Origin: the human T2T-CHM13v2.0 reference genome, Homo sapiens | NCBI RefSeq assembly: GCF_009914755.1 | Contig: NC_060936.1 | Strand: one strand, 5' to 3' | DNA length: 64,000 bases | Shown here: positions 54,586-64,000 of the stretch, piece by piece | Numbering within the stretch: position 1 is the first letter of the stretch | Layout of the letters: the number at the start of each line of letters is the position of its first letter | Notes under the pieces: generated by a model | What the model was told of the DNA's origin: nothing | Seen by the model: only the letters and a program-made list of their open reading frames with translations | Database searches by the model: none | Translations under genes and position numbers: made by a program

Positions 54586-56293
54586 TCCCTTAATATTCAA
54601 TAAATACTTGCTTATTGAAAGAATAGAATTCCTTCGTTTTAGGTGGAGGTGAAAAAAAAAAGGGAATAAGATATTCTAATTATTTTCTTTTATTTAACTC
54701 ATTATCCACAGATGTCAGAACTTTTTTTTTTTAATCAAACATGTAATTTACTCAGATGGCAAATACCCACATGATGAATTGTCATGGGAAGATTTGACAG
54801 GCACTTTACATATGAAAAATAATAAATAGTTGCTTTTAGGAAAAACAGTTTTCAATGTCATCCATTAAGAACCAGTTGCTTGTTAATAAAAAGTTTCTAA
54901 AATATGACTGTGAAGAACCTACGTATGTAAATTAATAAGGGTTTGAGGAAAAGATGGAATGATATAATTATTTTGTATTTTAGGTTTGTATAATCCTCTT
55001 CCCCCACCAAACTTACTTTAAATGATTTAAACATTGAAAGATAAAAATAAATAAAAAAATGAAGAAAGAAAAGAAGAACAAAAGAAAAAACAAAAAATTT
55101 TCCTAAAATCAGTTAGTTATACAGTGAAGTGGAAAGAACAGTAGTTTTGTATTGGGACCTGGGCAATTAGTGTCTCCTCTCAGTGTTCTTTATCTTTAAA
55201 ATGTGGTGTTACCACCTACATGGTAGTGTTGTGAGGGTTAAATATGATTAGATATATAAAATGCTTAGCATCTGTGCCTCACACATATCTCTAGCTTTAA
55301 TCAATTGGTGAATCAATTAGTCAGTCATGAATATTTATTAAGAAGCAACTATGTGCAGGGAGCCCTGCAATACAGGGAGATTTATGAAAATAATATTCTT
55401 GATTTCTGGAGCTAGAATGTAAATGCATTTAAAAAGTAACTTGGAAAGGTCGGTTTCATATTACCACTCATTAGTAAGGTAAATAAGCATTTAAGAAAGT
55501 AGTTTACTTGTAAAGGTTTGTGATGGAGACCAGTTTTAGGACTGACTCATTAAAAAACAAACGGGTATTTAAAGGAAAAAACGCCACACGATTACTAAAT
55601 TCACTAAATTTACAGTAAACATCTTCCTGGTGAAAAAGCAGCCATTTTCTCACATTGATTGTCATATCTGCAAGGTTTGGCAGCATTCATCATTGGCAAA
55701 GTTAGGGATGAAGGCATTTATTTTGGGCACTAATTCCACATAGGATTCCTCCTTGCCCTCCTTTAAAAACATCTGCTGGACATGCTTACTCAAAATTGAG
55801 ACAAAGTATCATTTTTCATCCATAGCCCTTCCTTGAAATCAAGCTCCAGCCTCTTAAGGCACAGATTTGGCCATAAAGTTTGTTAAATGATTTTCCGATT
55901 TGGTATATTTTCATGTTTTCTTTAGCCATTTGATTCACATAGGTCTAATGAGGTGTTGATTTAAAATACAGAAATACATCCCTATTGTGTGCTTAACAAA
56001 ACTATGTCCATTTGATAGGAAGGTAAGAGTTAACCTCTGTATGGATGTTTTGTGAACTGCTATAATTGACTTATTTATTTATTAGCTTGTCTCCACTACC
56101 AGAAACCGCATCATCTGACTTAATGAGCTTTCATCTGCAGTACCTATAATTGTAGGGTATCTTGGGGTTCTCTGAGATTCCCACATTTGTCAGTATTCCT
56201 GGTTTTTTGGGAAATACTATTCTTTATTCTCTTCAAAGCTTGGAATCTATAAGCTGTGGAAGAGATACTAAATTGATTTCTTGTGAAGATTTA

Positions 56294-56470
<177 letters not shown>

Positions 56471-56480
56471 TCATACCTAA

Positions 56481-56717
<237 letters not shown>

Positions 56718-56788
56718 TAGTCTCGAACTCCTGAGCTCAAGTGATCTGCCTGCTTCGGCCTCCCAAAGTGCTGTGGTTATAGATGTGA

Positions 56789-57070
<282 letters not shown>

Positions 57071-57524
57071 TAGCCAGGATGGTCTCGATCTCCTGACCTC
57101 GTGAGCCACCGCGCCCGGCCTTTCTTTCTTTCTTTTTTTTTTTGACAGAGTCTCGCTCTGTCACCCACGTTGGAGTGCAATGGCGTGATCTCGGCTCACT
57201 CCAGTCTCTGCCTTCTGAGTTCAAGTGATTCTCCTGCCTCAGCCTCCTGAGTAGCTGGGATTACAGGCACCCACCACCACACCAAGCTTATTTTTCTATT
57301 TTTAGTAGAGACAGGGTTTCACCATGTTGGTCAGGCTGGTCTCGAGCTCCTGACCTCAAGAGGATCACCTCAGGTGATCCACCTGCCTCAGCCTCCCAAA
57401 GTGCTGGGATTACAGGCATAAGCCACCGTGCCTGGTCTGACTTACCCAATTTTATCCTGGTAGGCAGGAGAACAGATTCTTATGGAAACTGTGTAAACTG
57501 AGTCATAAAAAGTAAAAAGATTGA

Positions 57525-57963
<439 letters not shown>

Positions 57964-58538
57964 TAGCTTATAACCTATATTAAAACCTTTCACAGGATAT
58001 TTTTCTCCCTGATCTCTGAGGGGGAAAGATATTACTATTTCTATAAAGTATACCTTAAGTTGGGGGTTAGAGATAGATTGAGATGAAAGTATTGTTCTCT
58101 TATGACCATTTAAAATAAAATATTAACCACAATTAAATCATTCATTTAGTCTTAGGTAATTCTTCTTTTTTTGATCTTGTGTTAAGCAGCCTACTTACAC
58201 AGAATTGACTGGTTTGTACAACATAATCATGAAAATCATGACCCATTCCCTTGATACAGTTATGACAGTTGTTGACTCATGATGTCAACTTTATACCAGG
58301 ATGCCTGCATCCATGAGTCTCTTCCATGTAAATAGCAATAGTTAAGACGATTTGGTACAGTTACTAATAATCTTTGATATTTATTTAAAAGACTTAATTT
58401 ATAAGACACAATTCCTCAGGTATGGTGGCAGCAAAAATCTTGACTCACATTTAGTTCTTGAGTGTCATTGCTCCTGTGTGGCTTAGTTGCTCACTATATC
58501 TCGTACACAACTGTCATCCTTAGAATTTTGTACACCAT

Positions 58539-58958
58539 TGATATAGTTTGGATTTGTATCCCCACCCAAATCTAATGTTAAATCATAATCCTCTATGTTG
58601 GAGGTGGGGCCTCGTGGGAGATAATTGGGTCATGGGCTGGATTTTTCATGAATTGTTTAGCACCATCCCCCTTGGTACTGTCCTCCACAATAGTGAGTGA
58701 GTTCTTGTGAGATCTGGTCATTTAAATAGTGTGTAGCACCTCTCACCTTTCTCTTGTTCTTGCCTCTGCCATGTGATGTGCATGCTCCCCCTTTGCCTTC
58801 CATCATGTTTGTAAATTTCCTGAGCCCCCACCCCAAGAACCCGAGCAGATACACTGTACTTCCTGTACAGCCAGCAGAATTGTGAGCCAATTAAACTTCT
58901 TAATAAATTACCCATTTTCAAATATTTCTTTATAGCAATGCAAGAATGAACTAATACA
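58539..58958 (+). mobile_element. MSTA-like solo LTR
   Basis: TGATATAGTTTGGATTTG...GAACTAATACA; TSD ACCAT at 58534-58538 and 58959-58963. Confidence 0.9.
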
Positions 58959-58969
58959 ACCATCAGTGA

Positions 58970-60130
58970 AGATTTCCTTCACCTGTCTTCTAGGACCCTT
59001 GTTTTCCAAATGCTATGTCTTTTTATTGATTTATTCTGTCCTTGGCAGGAGAATTCTTAGAATTCTCCCTGCCTGTAGAAAGCTACACATTCTCTAGTAG
59101 CTTTTTGAGAAAGGGTGCATGGGAGATACAGGTTTTAAAGACAATGCATGTTTGAAAAAGGTCATTCTATGTTTTCATGCTTGATTGATAGTTTGGCTGG
59201 GTATAGAACTCTAGGTTGAAATTCTTTTCCTTCAGAATTTTAAAGACACTGCTCCATTATCTTCTTCCTACTATTATCACCACTGAGAAATCTGAAGCCA
59301 TTCTGATTTCAGATTTCTCCTCTCAGTGGAAGCTTGTAGAATTGGTTATTAGTCTTTAGTCTTATGGAATTTCAATGGAACCTGCCCTTGTGTGGATCTG
59401 TTTATTATGGTCTGCTGGCATGCTTTGGGCTCTTTGGTCTGGAAATTCTTGCCCTTCAACTCTGGAAAGTTTTCTTAAATGATTTCATTGGTGATGTATT
59501 TGTGTGTGTGTGTGTGATTCCAATTTGAATATTTGGATGGATACTCCAATTGTATCTTTTCTTCTGATTTGTAATTTTGTCTTTTTGCTAAGGTTGGTTT
59601 CTTCAACTTTATCATCCAGTCCTATTGAGTTTTTCATTTTTTTCTATCATGTTCTTAATTTTCATTCCTTTTCTATAGCATTCTATTCTTGACTCAAGAA
59701 TGTAACATTTTGTCTGCATATATTCATTTTTTTGAAGTTTTCTTATTCCTGCATAGTCTATTGCTTCATGTATTTTTTTTGTTTTTGTTTTCTTTTGGTC
59801 TCTGTCATGTTGGAAACTTTTCTCAATTGCCTTCCTTAGGTAACTGCATAATGTGATGTGGAAGATTCAAAAGTTGATTGCCTTATCTAAATTCGACAGT
59901 TTGAAACTTCCCTTTAGGCTGATCTGGGTCAGCCATTTTGGGAGAGTTCTCCAGAGACCTTAGGTCTTATGTCTTGTGCTGGTCAGACACCCTCAGGGAA
60001 TAGTCTTCCATTTTTATCAATAGAGAAATAGGCTCTGATTGCCAGCACTCTGGGAGATTCATGAAGAGGACTAGGGATCTCTGCAGTCAGGACTTAGTCC
60101 TTCTCTTTTTGATATAGTACTTTCAGGTTT
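58970..60130 (-). mobile_element. Old L1M fragment
   Basis: ATAGTTTGGCTGGGTATAGAACTCTAGGTTG and TGAGAAATCTGAAGCCATTCTGATT motifs. Confidence 0.65.
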
Positions 60131-63100
60131 TGTTTTTATTTTATTTTTTTTAAGACAGAATCTTACTCTTGCTCAGGCCAGAGTGCACTGGCACAATCTT
60201 GGCTCACTGCAACCTCTGCCTCCCAGGCCAAGGGATTCTCCTGTCTCAGCCTCCCGAGTACCTGGGATGACAGGTGTGTGCCACCACGCCCAGCTAATTT
60301 TTGTATTTTTAGTAGAGACGGGGTTTTGCCATGTTGGCCAAGCTGGTCTCGAACTCCTGACTTCAGGTGATCCACCTCCCTTGGCCTCCCAAAGTGCTGG
60401 GATTACAGGCATGAGCCACCGTGCCCGGCCAGGTACTCTCATTTTTAACTGCAGATGTTGTCTTCAGACTTTTGTTAGGGTTGGGAGGAGCAGATAGTCA
60501 CTGTTAAATGTGTTTGGTAAAGGCTTCTAAGGTATCTTTCTGCTTCTTAAACAGCTGTCACTATTTTGGCCATTTTATCGTTCTCTCTGCTCCCTTCACT
60601 CTGGTTTTCAAAGGTGCTTGGTTCTTTTACTTTCTATGATTTTCAGATTTCTGCCAGGTAAATCAGATTGGTTCTTAACTTGTCACCACTGCAGCTTGGA
60701 ATATTGTATGTTAGGGATTGCTACATTAGTTACAACTGGTCGTGCTTATTTATTTTTTTTGAGACAGAGTCTCACTCGGTCGCCTAGGCTGGAGTGTAGT
60801 AGCTCGATCTAGGATCACTGCAGCCTCCACCTCCCAGGTTCAAGTGATTCTTGTGCCTGAGCCTCCCTGAGTAGCTGGGACTACAGGTGCGCCACCATGC
60901 CTGGCTGATTTATGTATTTTTAGTAGAGACTGGGTTTTGCCATGTTGGTCAGGCTGGTCTGGAACTCATGGCCTTGAGTGGTCTGCCCACTTTGGCCTCC
61001 CAAAGTGTAGGGATTACAGGCTTGAGCCATCGTGTCCGGCTGGTCCTGCTTATTTTTCAGCTTCCCAAATCTTAGTAGCTGTTACCTCTTATTTCTCTCT
61101 GTTTTTTTAGGATTTATGTAGTTTTAGTGGGATTAGGTGTTTTTGGTTCATCATCTTAATACCATTCTAACATGCCTTTTAGATTTAAATATGTGTAATG
61201 TTAATAATAACTTACAATTAGAGCATCTTAATTAAATAAATAAAACATATATTTACTCTCAACCAAATACAGTGAAAATTTTTCTTTAGATTCTATAGTT
61301 TTCAATAATTTGCATATGCAGAGTTTTCAAATAGTATAATATATATAAAATGTAATGGTTGACTAGAATTAATTCTAGTTTTTTTTTTTTCTTTCTTTAC
61401 TAATTGTGTGACTCCTGGCAAATGATTACATTCTCTGGTCATAAAAATTTGAGATTGTAGCGCTCTTATTTTACATGGTCATTGCAAGAGTGAAATAAAA
61501 AAAAAATTGAATGCAGCCTGGGCAACATAGTGAGACATTATCTCTACAGAAAATTTTAAAAATTAGCCAGTTGTGGTGGTGTACACCTGTGGTCCCAGTT
61601 ACTCCAGAGGCTGAAGTGAGAGAGTCTCGTGAGCCCAGAAAGTTGAGGCTGCAGTAAGCTGAGCCATGATTGCACCACTGCACTGTAGCCTGTCTACAAA
61701 CAAATAAACGAAAAAACAAAAAGACTTGTGAAAAGTGCTGATTTTTAATTAGGAAAAGATTAAACATTGGATAGTCATGGAATTGTTTACTGAACATTAG
61801 AAATTGGTTGCAAGTGTTTATGCTTCTGTAAATAAACGATTGGTCTCATTACAAATGACCCAATATAAAACAAATTTCTTAAAACCTGTGACATTATACA
61901 GTCAAGGTGAATCCTGCTTTTTTAGTAATATTAATAAAACTTAAATCACTTTTGTTTCCTGTAGATTTTCTCAGAGTCATCTATCATAATAAGCACATAG
62001 TAGTTCCCATGTAGTGCCTGAAAAGTGCCCTACAAAAGTTATTTTTTCCATCTTGGATTCTGAACTGCAGATGTTTTTAGGCCAAGACTAAAATCTTAGT
62101 TGACATATTAGTTGACTTCTTCCTAGAAGGTAGGAGTTGAGATCCTAAAAATGAAGGTTCTTTTGAGATTTTTGTGGTAGAAACAAAAACACTGAGAATT
62201 TCAGCTCACTATTTATTGAGCAAATAACTGTGTTCTATACTATGGAAGAGAATGGAAAATGAATCAAGATGCGATTTATATCCTTATATAAAGATTATTT
62301 GCATAAAGATACAAGTAATGAAATGGTGGTAAGTATAATGATGATATGCATAAAAGATATTGAGAGAGTAATGATACCTGGTTTGGGGATGTGCGTATTA
62401 AGGAGAGAGTAAGCAAAGAATTATCAGTGATAGGGTAATATAGGTTGAATCATGTAAAGGATATATCAAGTAAACTATAATAGGATAGTTTCTTTGGGAT
62501 AAAGGTGTTGGCCTTGACACTATTTATCTGAATAACAGCCTAATTATTTTCCTTTTCTAAACTGTTTCATCAGACACAGAAAGAGAACCAATGTGTGAAG
62601 GGATGGATAAAGCTCTGTCAGCTGGTACTAAGTGTTGTCTGGGTTGTATTTCTGCTTGTATCAGTTTTGTGAAATTATTTAATCTTATTGGAGAATTCTG
62701 GATTTTCGGATTAGGGATGTCCAACCTGTATTATTAGTAGCCAGCAGCTTTCTCTTGGTAGACTATGTTTAGACTAAGAAAAAAGTAGTCAGGATTTACA
62801 TTGGAAAAGTATTTGGCAAGAGAAGGGAGGCTTGAAGAAGATATCATCCATTTGACAGTGTGTTCCATAATTTAAATCTTTGTGGATCAGACTTCCTAAA
62901 AACACTTTGCTTCCAGAATGTAAGAAAGTGTTCATTAGGCAGCTCTGAATATTTTGGCTATGTGTACCATCTTTCCCCACCCCCCAATTAAACATAGATT
63001 CCAGTGCTACAGTAATATCAATTCTGTTCCAGCCTTTCTCAATTTACCAAATCTTGCTTTTGTTTTTAATTATAATTTTTTTTGAGACAGGATCTGGCTC

Positions 63101-64000
63101 TGTTGACTAGGCTGGATGGAGTGCAGTGGTTCAAGTTCACTGTAGCCTTGAACTTCTGGGCTCAAGTGATCTTCCTGCATCAGCCTCTTGAGTAGCTGGA
63201 ACTACAGGTTCATATTACCACACCTGCTAATGTTTAAAAAATTTTTTTTGTAGAGACAGACAGAGATCTCGCTTTGTTGGCCACGCAGGTCTCAAACTCC
63301 TGGCTTCAAGAGAGCCTTCCGCCTTGGCCTCCCAGAGTGTTGGGATTATAGGTGTGAAGCACTGTGCTTGGCCTAAATCTTGCTTTTAATGAATAGTCTT
63401 TGCTTGAGAATCACAGTTGTATTTTTAAAGAATTAATATGGCTTGGATCAAGTTTAACTTTTTTTTTCTGATATACTGAAGTTGTTACATACATTATTCA
63501 TTTTGCCTCATGGAAAATACATAAGGACCTTTTAAAGATAAGTAATTTAAAAAACTTTTATTATGGAAAATTTCAAATATATACTGAAATAGAATGAGAT
63601 AATAAATTCTGTGTGCCCATTGCTCAGCTTGAACCATTGTCAAGTCATAGGGCCAATCTCCTTTTAGCTATATCCCTATTACTCCCCTATACCCTTAAAA
63701 CTTTTTAGTAAATACCTATATTTAGTGATAGATAGAACAAGATACACAGGTTAGCTAGATTTTAGGAAGGTAGACTGAGGAAGAGAGAAAGAAAATGTGG
63801 ATTCTATTGCTGATGTGAACAGGTTCTCTCTGTGCTTTTGTCCTTCCCTTCTCTTTGATTGATATGTTTCTGCCAACCCACATTTGTTGGAGCTCTTTCA
63901 AATTTGTCTTGCTAATATATCTATTAGACTGAGTTTTACTCTTTTTTAAAATTCCCTTCTTTCCATCAGGGTGCCTATAATTCTTTGTTTTTATTTGCTT

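Overview
Primate, most likely human, genomic DNA. It has no intact protein-coding exon, and nearly all ORFs in the track are Alu-, ERV-, SVA- or L1-derived. Bases 1-44.9 kb are repeat-dense intergenic DNA. They contain the 3' end of an LTR12 and a full-length, defective HERV-L/MLT2A provirus (10700-18190; CCTTC TSD, tRNA-Leu PBS, gag-pro-pol-dUTPase) nested in an older LTR41-type ERVL. They also contain a solo MLT2B LTR, L1 fragments, and an MST (MaLR) element hosting a THE1 provirus, an SVA and an RPL30 processed pseudogene. A CpG-island promoter and non-coding exon 1 lie at ~45.0-45.6 kb on the + strand. I recognise this exon from memory as ATF7IP (12p13.1), unverified; the rest of the window is its first intron. 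Two rearrangements can be read directly from the sequence. One is a cryptic ~1.75 kb inversion (37057-38801) that splits both the RPL30 retrocopy and the MST provirus. The other is a ~180 bp inverted templated insertion in the HERV-L 3' LTR, copied from DNA ~550 bp downstream. I also propose, as speculation, that sense-oriented MLT2A LTRs with intact splice donors act as embryonic alternative promoters for the ERV silencer ATF7IP. I found no evidence for a wholly new gene system. Repeat subfamily names and many boundaries are by eye and approximate.
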